Under the pieces are notes generated by a model. It was not told where the DNA came from and ran no database searches. It saw nothing but the letters and a program-made list of their open reading frames with translations. From positions 672,001-736,000 of the forward strand of contig JALDAJ010000001.1 in assembly GCA_022729235.1 (NCBI GenBank): DNA of 64,000 nt, written 5' to 3'. Of the stretch, positions 28,596 to 37,554 are shown one piece after another. A program made the position numbers and the translations under genes. Position 1 is the stretch's first letter, and the number at the start of each line of letters is the position of its first letter. The DNA comes from Candidatus Nanohalarchaeota archaeon. GTDB taxonomy: Archaea > Nanohalarchaeota > Nanosalinia > Nanosalinales > Nanosalinaceae.

Positions 28596-28684
28596 CGCCG
28601 GCGCTGGGATTTGAACCCAGGAGGGCCGTCACAGCCCAGCAGATCTCGAATCTGCCGCGTTCAACCAGACTCCGCCACGCCGGC
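28596..28684 (-). tRNA. tRNA-Ser(CGA)
   Basis: GCCGGCG acceptor, GCAGA-TT-CGA-GA-TCTGC, long variable arm, G73. Confidence 0.95.
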
Positions 28685-28800
28685 AGAAACTTCTGGAAGT
28701 TTCATCACCAGAAACTGCGTTCCGACTTCGCCTCCAGCAGCTTTCAGAATTAGGAGCTGTCGTGAAGCTTTTATTTAGTTGAGTTCCCGTTATCTGGTTT

Positions 28801-29463
28801 ATGGAGTACGGTTCTGTAGTTTTTGATATGGACGGAGTGATCCTTGACTCTATGAGGGACCATTCCTGGGTTTATGCTGCCGTTGAAAGGGTGGTGCAGG
28901 AAAAAGGTGTTGAAAGAGAGCTTGATAGAGGTGAAAAGGCGGCGATACTTGGGGAGCAGGGTTTTGACCGTTGTGTTCAGTCTTGTGAGAAAATCGGTCT
29001 TGATCCTGGTGATGTCTGGACAGAGATTTGCCGCGCCACGACCCGTGTAAGAAAGGAGAGGATAGAAAGCGGGGAGATGACGCTTGTGGACGGTGCTGGA
29101 GAGATGATTAAAAAGATACACGCCCAGGAGAGGAAGATGGCGCTGGTGAGTAACGCGCCGGATGAAGCTGTCAGGTTCGTTGTGCGACATTTTGAACTGG
29201 AGCGTTTTTTCGACTTCTATATAGGGTTAAGAGACTTCGAAGACCTTGCCTCGAAGAAGCCTGCGCCGGACCACCTTGAGGTCGCGAAGGCAGAGCTCGG
29301 GAGAAACCCGTACCTGTACGTCGGGGATGCTGAGTCAGATGTTATAGCAGCTCACAGGGCGGATATGGACGCGGCGTGGCTGCATCCTTCTAAGGAGTCT
29401 GACGTGAAGGCGGATTACGAACTTAAAGCACTGAACGCGCTGGAAAACGTGATTGATACGTGA
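28801..29463 (+). CDS. HAD-superfamily phosphatase
   Basis: FDMDGV, VSNA, KPAP, VGD..SD. Confidence 0.92.
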   Translation: MEYGSVVFDMDGVILDSMRDHSWVYAAVERVVQEKGVERELDRGEKAAILGEQGFDRCVQSCEKIGLDPGDVWTEICRATTRVRKERIESGEMTLVDGAGEMIKKIHAQERKMALVSNAPDEAVRFVVRHFELERFFDFYIGLRDFEDLASKKPAPDHLEVAKAELGRNPYLYVGDAESDVIAAHRADMDAAWLHPSKESDVKADYELKALNALENVIDT

Positions 29464-30113
29464 GCTACGACGGCGTGATTTTCGACTTTGACGGCGTCCT
29501 TCTAAACTCTGGAGAGGATGGCTTTAAATGGGCAGGGAAGGCGAGAGAAGAGAAATCCCGTGAATTAGGCTACGACTACAGTTGTACAGCAGGATACATT
29601 TTTGCCTCTAGTTCATTCGAGGAGATGAAGAAAAAAGTGGAGCAGAGCCCGATGAGCTGGCAAGAGTTCATGGAGGTTGAAAAAGCTGCGGCACAAAGAA
29701 AGCTGGAACTTGTGAAGAGAGGACAGATGGAGCTTTTTCCTTCCGCCAGAGATGTTCTGGAAAATATAGGGGTTCCGAAGGCGGTTGTAAGCAACGCTTA
29801 CGGGGACATAGTTGACGGTATAGTGAGACAGTTCGGGATAGACGAGCACCTCGTGTACTGGACTGCGCCGAGACTGGATGATATCAAGAGATACCACAGC
29901 CTGGCGAAACCAGAGACAGACATGCTTGACCGCGCGATGAAAGAGATTGGTTCCCGTGACGTGATAATGGTCGGGGATAAGAAGTTTGATGTTCAGGCGG
30001 CGAAAAACGCGGGTATAGAATCTATTCTGGTCAACAGTTACGGCGAAGATATCGATGCGGATCCTACTTATAGGGTTGAAAGCCTGGAAGAAGTACTCCG
30101 GATAGTCGGTTGA
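29460..30113 (+). CDS. HAD-superfamily phosphatase (tandem paralog)
   Basis: FDFDGV, VSNA, KPE, VGD..FD. Confidence 0.92.
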   Translation: MSYDGVIFDFDGVLLNSGEDGFKWAGKAREEKSRELGYDYSCTAGYIFASSSFEEMKKKVEQSPMSWQEFMEVEKAAAQRKLELVKRGQMELFPSARDVLENIGVPKAVVSNAYGDIVDGIVRQFGIDEHLVYWTAPRLDDIKRYHSLAKPETDMLDRAMKEIGSRDVIMVGDKKFDVQAAKNAGIESILVNSYGEDIDADPTYRVESLEEVLRIVG

Positions 30114-30148
30114 CAGCGTTAAAAATTTTCGCCGACGTTTTTCAGATT

Positions 30149-31114
30149 ATGACAGACGAAATCTGTTCAAAGTGTGATGCGGACGCGGTGATTCACCGCG
30201 AATATGAGGGCCGCTCGCTCTGCAAGAAGCACTTTTCTATAGATGTGAACAAGCAGGTCAAGAAGACTATAAGAGAAGGAGACCTGGTCGAGTCAGGTGA
30301 CACGATAGCGGTCGGTCTCTCCGGTGGGAAAGACTCCGCGGTTCTGCTTGAACAGCTGGTAAAGGTCTTCGGTGAGCGACCGGATATCGAAATCGTTGGT
30401 GTGTCCGTCCACGAAGGGATCGATGAGTACCGCGACGAGTCGATAACAGCTGCGCAGGAACTGTGTGATGAACTCGGTGTGGCGCTTCACGTCGGGCGCT
30501 ACAGTGATTACTACGATCTCAAGATGGACGATGTCGCGGACGCGGGAGAGCGTGGGAACTGCACCTACTGCGGTATCTTCCGCCGCGACCTGTTGAACAA
30601 GTTAGCACGCGAAGTGGATGCGGACAAGATAGCTATCGGTCACAACCTGGATGATGAGGCGCAGGCTATAATGATGAATTATATCAAGGGAGACACGAGG
30701 AGGCTGGCGCGCGTAGGTTCGAGAACGGACCAGGTGTCGCACGACAAGTTCGTGCCGCGTATCAAGCCTCTTCTTGACGTCAGGGAGAAAGAAATCGCGC
30801 TTTACTCCCGGCTCCATGACTTGGGTGTCATCGACCGCTGCCCGCATGTTCAGGAGGGGACTCTGCGTCCCATGGTGAAGTCGTTCCTCAACAAGCTGGA
30901 GAGCCAGATGCCGGGTATAAAGCATTCCATCGTTTCCCAGGGTCACGACCTCTCCTCGCTCGTTGAAGAGAATTTTGAGTTCGAGGATTCGGAAATCAAG
31001 GAATGCGAGAGATGCGGTGAGCCGTGCTCCGGCGGTCTCTGTAGGAAGTGCCAGTTGCTTGATGATATAAAGAAGGCGGCGGACGAGAGCGAAGAACACG
31101 ACTTCGAGAAATAA
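30149..31114 (+). CDS. tRNA 2-thiolation protein TtuA/Ncs6
   Basis: N- and C-terminal zinc fingers, SGGKDS, CTYCG, GHNLDD. Confidence 0.92.
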   Translation: MTDEICSKCDADAVIHREYEGRSLCKKHFSIDVNKQVKKTIREGDLVESGDTIAVGLSGGKDSAVLLEQLVKVFGERPDIEIVGVSVHEGIDEYRDESITAAQELCDELGVALHVGRYSDYYDLKMDDVADAGERGNCTYCGIFRRDLLNKLAREVDADKIAIGHNLDDEAQAIMMNYIKGDTRRLARVGSRTDQVSHDKFVPRIKPLLDVREKEIALYSRLHDLGVIDRCPHVQEGTLRPMVKSFLNKLESQMPGIKHSIVSQGHDLSSLVEENFEFEDSEIKECERCGEPCSGGLCRKCQLLDDIKKAADESEEHDFEK

Positions 31115-31170
31115 ACCGGGGCGACGGATGTTTTTTCATTATAAAAGAATTGACGGACCGTTGAATCCGG

Positions 31171-31683
31171 TTGACTATGGATAGAAAGTTGATTCAGGTG
31201 ACCCTTGCTTTCGTGGTCATCGCTGGAACAGTTTCCGCCCAGTCCCAGGATGCCGCTGAAAACGCTGTTCACAAGGTCGGGATAGTATCGGACCACGGTC
31301 CGCAGGTATTCCAATGTGAGCCCGGCAGTATTCCGGAGACTTCGCTCCTGGATAAGATGGAGAGCGAGGTAAAGAAGTTCTTTGATGTCGAAGAACAGGA
31401 GGAACCCGACCGCTGTAAGTACTGGTCACGTGAGTACGCTGTCCCTCAAGATGAGAACACGACTGAGTACAGGATAGGGGTCGTGAAGTACGAGAACAGG
31501 AGTGAAGAAGCACTTCTGGTCGCTGAGAGAGATGGTAGCGGAGTGTCCTACGCGGATGTCCTTGCTGACGGTGAGAGTGTGGGAGCTACTGGTGCTGACG
31601 GTATGTTCGAGCTTGATCTAGTGAATGTTTCCCGGGTAGAGGTCAAGACGTCCGACGGGAAGCTGGGGCTGGAAACTAGGTAG
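31171..31683 (+). CDS. Secreted hypothetical protein (paralog A)
   Basis: Signal peptide; aligns with 31824-32318. Confidence 0.75.
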   Translation: MTMDRKLIQVTLAFVVIAGTVSAQSQDAAENAVHKVGIVSDHGPQVFQCEPGSIPETSLLDKMESEVKKFFDVEEQEEPDRCKYWSREYAVPQDENTTEYRIGVVKYENRSEEALLVAERDGSGVSYADVLADGESVGATGADGMFELDLVNVSRVEVKTSDGKLGLETR

Positions 31684-31823
31684 CGGAGAACTCTCCCTCC
31701 AACCTTCATTTCTTTTTTCTGTATATTCTATTTAAGGTGTTGTAACTCTTAGGACAGGATATAATCGCCTCTCCGAATAAAAGGGTTTTAATAAGGATTC
31801 TAAATACTGGGCTAAGGTGTTAT

Positions 31824-32318
31824 TTGATGAGGCAAAAGTCCGTCGCCCTAGTCGCTGGTTTGATAGTAGCCTTTACTTTCCACGCCACTGCGGCGCCGGC
31901 AGATGACTCCGGGGAGGTGGTGGAGCCGGAGGTCTTTGAATGCGATTCTGATGATGTGCCTGATACCTCTATAACCGAGAAGTTCCGGAATGACGTGCTG
32001 AGCTTACTGGACCCTGAAGGTTACGACGAGAGATATCCTGATGAGTGCAAGTCGTGGGCTGAAGAGTACAGGGTCGGGAGCGGTGAAAGCAACAGCAAGT
32101 ACGCCGTGGAAGTTATGAAGTACGCCGGCGATGAGTGGGACGCGGTTATCATGGTGGAGAGAAACGGTGGCGGCGTCCGGTACGCAAACGTCGAGCTGGA
32201 CGGTGAAAGTATAGGAGCCACGGATTCACAGGGAATGCTTAAGACAGAACTGCCGGAAGATTTCAGCATCACAGTCAATACTTCTGACGGAGAATTCACG
32301 CTGGAAGGTACCAGGTAG
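31824..32318 (+). CDS. Secreted hypothetical protein (paralog B)
   Basis: Signal peptide; shares PxVFxC...PDxCKxW..EY and DGESxGAT...TSDG with paralog A. Confidence 0.75.
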   Translation: MMRQKSVALVAGLIVAFTFHATAAPADDSGEVVEPEVFECDSDDVPDTSITEKFRNDVLSLLDPEGYDERYPDECKSWAEEYRVGSGESNSKYAVEVMKYAGDEWDAVIMVERNGGGVRYANVELDGESIGATDSQGMLKTELPEDFSITVNTSDGEFTLEGTR

Positions 32319-32377
32319 AGTCTTATACCGGTTTAACCGGGGTCAATAAAAGCGTGGATTTAATACATAGTAATATA

Positions 32378-33340
32378 ATGAAAGCTATCGTTTTAGCCGG
32401 TGGACACGCCACACGACTCTGGCCCGTGACGAAGGACCGGGCGAAACCTCTCCTACCTCTAGGCGACAGACCTATAATAGATTTCATCGTGGAGGAGCTG
32501 GAGGAAGAGGTTGACGACATAATCGTATCTACTAACGAAAAATTTGCCTCCGACTTCGAGAAGTATATCGAAGACTTCGAACGTGAAGCCCGGGTGGTAG
32601 TCGAGAACCAGGGCTCCGAGGAGGAGAAGCCCGGGACAATCGGCGCGATAATCCAGCTGATAGAGAAAGAAGGTATCGACGAGGATCTGCTGATTGTCAA
32701 CGGTGACAACTACCTCGGGTTCAGTTTTTCAGAACTCCTTGAGTTCTGCCGACACAAGGAGGCGCCGGTGAACGTGGTATATGATCTTGAACGTCTTGAA
32801 ATGGCTTCATCCTTCGGGGTTGTTGACGTTAACGGTGACAGGATAGTTGACTTCGAGGAGAAGCCGGAGGAGCCTCCTTCGACCCTGATATCTACAGGTG
32901 TTTACTTCTTCCCGTCGCACCGTGTATCGATGTTCAAACAGTACGAGGAGCACTTCAAGGATTCCGAGGTTCCTGCGGATGAGTATCTCGACGAGCCCGG
33001 AAGACTGCTGGAGTGGGGTAAGGACCAGGCAGAGATATTCGCGTTCTCGTTTGACGGGGACTGGTTCGATGTCGGTACGCCCGAGGGTTACCTTGAGGCG
33101 CTTGACGCGGTGATGGACGGGAATATTGTCCATGGCGAGACAGACGGGTGTGATATCGGTGAGAATGTTTTGGTCCTGCAGAATGCGGAGCTTGAGAATG
33201 TTGTGATAGAGAACAGTATCGTTTTCCCTGAGACCAGGATCAAGGATTCCGAGGTCAGGAACTCGCTAGTCGACAGCCACTCCGAAGTGGTTGACGCGGA
33301 TATAAACGATGCTATCCTCGGGAAGCATACCTCGATGTAG
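32378..33340 (+). CDS. Sugar-phosphate nucleotidyltransferase
   Basis: KAIVLAGGHATRLWP...KPLLP, EEKP, WFDVGT. Confidence 0.92.
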   Translation: MKAIVLAGGHATRLWPVTKDRAKPLLPLGDRPIIDFIVEELEEEVDDIIVSTNEKFASDFEKYIEDFEREARVVVENQGSEEEKPGTIGAIIQLIEKEGIDEDLLIVNGDNYLGFSFSELLEFCRHKEAPVNVVYDLERLEMASSFGVVDVNGDRIVDFEEKPEEPPSTLISTGVYFFPSHRVSMFKQYEEHFKDSEVPADEYLDEPGRLLEWGKDQAEIFAFSFDGDWFDVGTPEGYLEALDAVMDGNIVHGETDGCDIGENVLVLQNAELENVVIENSIVFPETRIKDSEVRNSLVDSHSEVVDADINDAILGKHTSM

Positions 33341-33542
33341 GTTCAGTGTGATATGGGTCGGGAGACACGTATCCTGTGATTGACTGGTAGACTTGCTGAG
33401 CGGAGTTGTAAACACGTTTTACAGCGTTATTCTCTCCGTATAAGACTTCTGAACAGCAACCTGTAGATGACTCCTCGCTATCAGGGACGGCTGCGTCAAG
33501 TCCTTCCTCCTGGAAGCGTTCAAGGTAGTTTTTCAGTGACAT
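33312..33542 (-). CDS. Small hypothetical protein
   Basis: ATG ORF following the upstream gene; overlaps the convergent gene. Confidence 0.4.
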   Translation of the reverse strand: MSLKNYLERFQEEGLDAAVPDSEESSTGCCSEVLYGENNAVKRVYNSAQQVYQSITGYVSPDPYHTEPTSRYASRG

Positions 33543-33568
33543 ACACTTTTTCTGGAACTGAACCTTTA

Positions 33569-34285
33569 TCAGAACTGTTTTACTGCGGTGTTATACTGCA
33601 TAGAATTTTCAGCAGTACCGAGATACCCGTCTATCTCTCCCCAGCTTTCTTCGAAGTCAGTAAGGTATCTGTCCTGGAACTGTTGGTAATTGAAGCCGGT
33701 ATCTAGGTATCCCGTCTGGCTGAGTTCCTGCGCCCCGTAGCTGAATTCTCTGCCGCTGGTGTAGGCATCCATGACTTCCTGTTCCATCTTCTCTATATCC
33801 TCCATCAGCTCCGTTTCCGGGTCGATACCTTTCTGCTTCAGCTCCCGTTCCCGCCTTTCTTTTTCATGAGGGTAGGAGCTCGGTAGGTCCTGCGGTAGTA
33901 TCTTGTCGATTATCAGCTCTACCTCGCCCTCCATGTCGCTAACTGTCCGACCGCTCATCTCCTTCACGAACTCTTCGGAGACACCGAACCTCTGTCTCAG
34001 CCAGTCGGAGAGTGTGTTGTTGAACTGCTTGACGTGCAGGAGCTCGTGTAGGACGGTCCTTCTCTTCTCTACTTCAGGTATTCGGGAAAAGCGGTGCCGG
34101 TTGAAGACCAGTTCCGTCCTTGCCCCGTTGAACCGGGTCTGTGCGAGAATATCTTGTGGCAGGTAATCTATCTCAATGCGGTCTATCTCCGATCCTGCTT
34201 CCAGCCCGAACTCTTCCGACACGCGGTTTACTCTGTCCTGTACGCCCGCGGTGGGGTTCTTTGAGTCGGCGGTTACTCCTATCAT
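33569..34285 (-). CDS. HExxH zincin-like protein
   Basis: TVLHELLH followed by MEGEVE. Confidence 0.65.
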   Translation of the reverse strand: MIGVTADSKNPTAGVQDRVNRVSEEFGLEAGSEIDRIEIDYLPQDILAQTRFNGARTELVFNRHRFSRIPEVEKRRTVLHELLHVKQFNNTLSDWLRQRFGVSEEFVKEMSGRTVSDMEGEVELIIDKILPQDLPSSYPHEKERRERELKQKGIDPETELMEDIEKMEQEVMDAYTSGREFSYGAQELSQTGYLDTGFNYQQFQDRYLTDFEESWGEIDGYLGTAENSMQYNTAVKQF

Positions 34286-34290
34286 CGGGA

Positions 34291-35151
34291 CTAGACAGCT
34301 GTGTTTTCTATATTTTCCAGTCTTTTGTCAAGTGATGGGTGTGTTGAGAAGAACCTTGTCATCTTGTCGCCGGAGAACGGGTTCTCTATGAAAAGGTTGG
34401 AACCGGTCTCCTGGACCTGTGATGCCTTGTACTGGGAATTCTTGTTGGCGGAGCTTATCTTCCTGAGTGCGTCCTGGAGCCCGTTTTTCTGTCCGTGAAT
34501 CCTGACTGCGTGCGAGTCGGCGCGGAACTCCATGCTCCTGGAGATTGCGAACCTGATGACCATGGCGATTATAGGTACGAGGATGAAGAACGCAAGTGAT
34601 GCGACGGCTTCACCTCTCCTCCGGTCGCCCGAAAACATGGCGCCCCAGAAAGCCAATCTTGCGAGCACCGCTACCGCTCCTGCGATTGTAGCGACCGACG
34701 CATTGATGAGTGTGTCGCGGTTCTTGATGTGCGCGAGCTCGTGTGCAACTACGCCCGCGATTTCGTCTCTGTCGAGATGCTGCATCAGTCCTTCTGTCAG
34801 GCAGACCACACCTTTCTCGGGCGACCTGCCTGTTGCGAATGCGTTCGGTACCTGCATGTCGTTCTTATAGAGCCGGGGTTTCGGTATGTCCGCGTTCTCC
34901 GCCAGCTCCTCAAGCATTTCGTGATACTCAGGGTAGTCCTCCTCCGACATCTCTTCTGCGCCGTACATTTTCAGGACGATGCGGTCGGAGAACCAGTAGC
35001 TCCCAAAGTTCATCAGTCCTGCGAAGAGCAGCGCGATAACCATTCCAGCTTCTCCTCCTAGAGTGTATCCTGCGCCTAGAAAGACGGCTGTAAGTACTGT
35101 TAGAAGCCCGAATACTTTGAAGTTAGCTTTTACACCCTGTGCTGTTACCAT
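34291..35151 (-). CDS. htpX: Zinc metalloprotease HtpX (M48)
   Basis: PNAFATGR, HELAH, EFRAD, STHP. Confidence 0.95.
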   Translation of the reverse strand: MVTAQGVKANFKVFGLLTVLTAVFLGAGYTLGGEAGMVIALLFAGLMNFGSYWFSDRIVLKMYGAEEMSEEDYPEYHEMLEELAENADIPKPRLYKNDMQVPNAFATGRSPEKGVVCLTEGLMQHLDRDEIAGVVAHELAHIKNRDTLINASVATIAGAVAVLARLAFWGAMFSGDRRRGEAVASLAFFILVPIIAMVIRFAISRSMEFRADSHAVRIHGQKNGLQDALRKISSANKNSQYKASQVQETGSNLFIENPFSGDKMTRFFSTHPSLDKRLENIENTAV

Positions 35152-35174
35152 GGTTTATCATTAACTTACGTGGT

Positions 35175-35669
35175 TCAAGTATTAAATTCGCTTTCAATGG
35201 TGTCGATTACAGGTTTCATATCCCTGTCAAACCTCCAGTTTTCCTGGGTTATCCTGTCAATCGGCAGGAATTCTGGTTCTCCTTCTGTGGAGCCTGATTT
35301 TTCTCCTCCAACAATTTCTGCCTTAAATAATGCTACAGAGCCCCGGCCTTCTTGTCTTATGCTTCCGAGGTACTCTTCTATTTCGACTTCAAAACCGGTT
35401 TCTTCCCCGGTCTCCCTGGCAGCTGTCTCCTCCAGTTTTTCACCGGGTTCGGGTGTACCTCCCGGGAGCATGTAGAAGTCGTTTTTCCTGACTACAAGTA
35501 GTTCGTTGTCTTTAACTACCAGGGTGCTGGCGCCTGTGAATGGGTAAAATATCCTTGCTACAAGTTTTTCCATTAACTCCTGTGGTTTCCCTCTTTCCAG
35601 GAATCGGAACCAGTCTCTGCATCTTATCCACAGCTTGAGAGGCATAAAGAAACCGTGGTTTCTATCCAT
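35175..35669 (-). CDS. NUDIX hydrolase (start uncertain)
   Basis: LPGG...GE..EETAARETGEETG. Confidence 0.88.
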   Translation of the reverse strand: MDRNHGFFMPLKLWIRCRDWFRFLERGKPQELMEKLVARIFYPFTGASTLVVKDNELLVVRKNDFYMLPGGTPEPGEKLEETAARETGEETGFEVEIEEYLGSIRQEGRGSVALFKAEIVGGEKSGSTEGEPEFLPIDRITQENWRFDRDMKPVIDTIESEFNT

Positions 35670-35713
35670 TTCAATGTTTCAGAGGGTGGAAAAAAGAAGG
35701 GCTTATATGAGAT

Positions 35714-36466
35714 TTACTGCAGTGGGAACTGCTCTTCTTCGTCTTCCATCTCGTTCTCTTCTTCCATCTCTGGTTCTTCTTCATCGAGGTACTGGTGTTC
35801 TCCCTGTTCTATCCTGTCCTGGAGTTCATCGTAGCTGTAGCATTCCTCCTGTGGTTCCAGATCGACAAGGAAGTACTCACATGCCACTAACGTGTCCTGG
35901 TCAAGCTGTTCTATGCTGTCAGCTCCGACAGACATGGTTATCTGCCCGTCGTCCAGTACAAGTGCCATGTAGTTTCCTTCGTCATCGCTGGCGTAGAAGA
36001 AGTCAGGATTCTCCTGCTGTTGCTCTTCATCAGGTTGCTGTTGGGGTTCCTGCTGCTCCTGCATCGGTTCCTGGTTCTCCTCGTTCATCTCATTGTTCTC
36101 CATCTCGTCTCCCGGGATTTCTTCGGGTAGCTCAGGTTCTCCAGGAGGTTCTGCTAGTGCCATGTCCTGGCATTCTGAGCTCGTTATCACTCTCTCATCT
36201 CCGAGACCCCACCATTCGGACTCTACTTCGACGAACTGCTGGCAGATCTGTGCTGTTTCATCGTCAAGCTCTGCGAAGCTTTCTACGGTGCCGTAGATGT
36301 ACGTCGCGTCCTCACCGAAGAGGACGACATACATGTCTCCTTCATCGTCAAACCCGTAGATAGAGTTCAGGTTTCCGTCTGCCTGCTGTGCTGCGACTGC
36401 TCCGGACATTCCTATAGCTACTAGAGCTGCAAGTACTGTGAGTAGTGCTTTGTTCATGTTTGCCAC
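35714..36466 (-). CDS. Secreted very acidic protein with an internal duplicated domain
   Basis: Signal peptide; YGFDDEGDMY..ELDDET..IC repeated as YASDDEGNYM..QLDQDT..AC. Confidence 0.75.
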   Translation of the reverse strand: MANMNKALLTVLAALVAIGMSGAVAAQQADGNLNSIYGFDDEGDMYVVLFGEDATYIYGTVESFAELDDETAQICQQFVEVESEWWGLGDERVITSSECQDMALAEPPGEPELPEEIPGDEMENNEMNEENQEPMQEQQEPQQQPDEEQQQENPDFFYASDDEGNYMALVLDDGQITMSVGADSIEQLDQDTLVACEYFLVDLEPQEECYSYDELQDRIEQGEHQYLDEEEPEMEEENEMEDEEEQFPLQ

Positions 36467-36573
36467 CTGTGAAGAGAACCCCGCTTAAATAAAATATGGG
36501 TTATTGCAGTCTAACACAGTTGATTTGAGGCAATGATGGGTTTAGAACAGTGTAAAAGGAAAAGTAAAAGTAG

Positions 36574-36688
36574 TCTGGCAGCGTCCCGAGCCTTCCGCCG
36601 GTAAGGCAGTACTACTCGGATCGCTTGGGGACTTTACTTCCGTGTTCGGAATGGGTACGGGTGTTGCCCCCCCGCTATGGCCGCCAGT
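36574..36688 (-). rRNA. rrf: 5S rRNA (stand-alone)
   Basis: CTGGCGGCCATAGC...CACCCGTACCCATTCCGAACACGGAAGTAAAG...AGTAGTACT...GCTGCCAG. Confidence 0.95.
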
Positions 36689-36712
36689 ATTCCAAGTCAT
36701 CGGGTCAAATTC

Positions 36713-36719
36713 TTTTAAA
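36713..36719 (-). promoter_or_regulatory. TATA box of the 5S rRNA gene
   Basis: TTTAAAA about 25 nt upstream of the 5S 5' end. Confidence 0.55.
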
Positions 36720-36861
36720 CCCTACTTTGCTCCAGACTTAACTGCGCAGGTTCTTGACTGTTCTACTGCATCAGCTCTTCCTCGCTGTGTGCAAAAGAGG
36801 TATCCTGCTGTATTGATTACGGAGAAGGAAGAGTGATGAGTTATTTATTCGGCTGTTATAC

Positions 36862-37125
36862 ATGCTAGTTATGGCTCGCGGCAGAAGTAATTCGTTCATC
36901 GGCAAGATAGAGAAATCGACTGTCGTTGACGCGGCGACGATAGGCGTCCTTGTGTTCAATGCCTACGTGATATACGGGTCGCTGGGTCACAGAGTTGATT
37001 TAACTGATTTTGCGGCGAGCACCGAGGTGCTTGCTATCCAGCTCACAGGAGCGGCTGTTGTTCTCTATGCGCTGGAGTTCATGTACGACCGGGTTAAAGG
37101 CAGGAACAGTAGTCCTCTAGGCTAG
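36862..37125 (+). CDS. Small membrane protein
   Basis: Two TM segments. Confidence 0.6.
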   Translation: MLVMARGRSNSFIGKIEKSTVVDAATIGVLVFNAYVIYGSLGHRVDLTDFAASTEVLAIQLTGAAVVLYALEFMYDRVKGRNSSPLG

Positions 37126-37554
37126 TATTTTTGCGAGTTCCTTTCCACGTCCTTTCGGCACTCTTGACGAAACCGTACCGTTCCTGTAGAAACCGCAACC
37201 GATGATGTGGTCCTGGAACTTCAGTGCGACGTAACCCTCTTCACTCATCTGGCGTTCAACCATGTCTTCACGTCTCAGAAGCATGACAAGTTCGTCTCTA
37301 TCAAGTTCAACCGTGTTTTTACCTATATCATCGCCAAGGAGCTGGAGCGCGTAGGTGGTCGGCTTCATGCCTATATCCATGATACGGATGAATCTGATGC
37401 CGTGGGTCTCGACTTCCAGTCCAGTCTCCGCGTCACTGGAGACGAGCCAGAGGTCGCCTGATTTCTCCCGGAGTTCGTAGTCTTCTAGCTCTTCTCTGTT
37501 GATCCCGAACCTGTTCTCCAGGTATCTCCAGCCGTCACTTGCGGAACTTTGCAA
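37117..37554 (-). CDS. RsmF/NOP2 C-terminal (pre-PUA/PUA-like) protein
   Basis: YLENRFG, GIRF, KPTTYALQ, GYVAL..IIGCG; operonic with the methyltransferase. Confidence 0.8.
   Translation of the reverse strand: MQSSASDGWRYLENRFGINREELEDYELREKSGDLWLVSSDAETGLEVETHGIRFIRIMDIGMKPTTYALQLLGDDIGKNTVELDRDELVMLLRREDMVERQMSEEGYVALKFQDHIIGCGFYRNGTVSSRVPKGRGKELAKILA

Noticed and set aside
28420-28632. N-terminal extension of ORF 28057-28632
   Set aside because: It runs through tRNA-Ser and the hairpin repeats.
36642-36836. 64-aa ORF
   Set aside because: It overlaps the 5S rRNA on the opposite strand.
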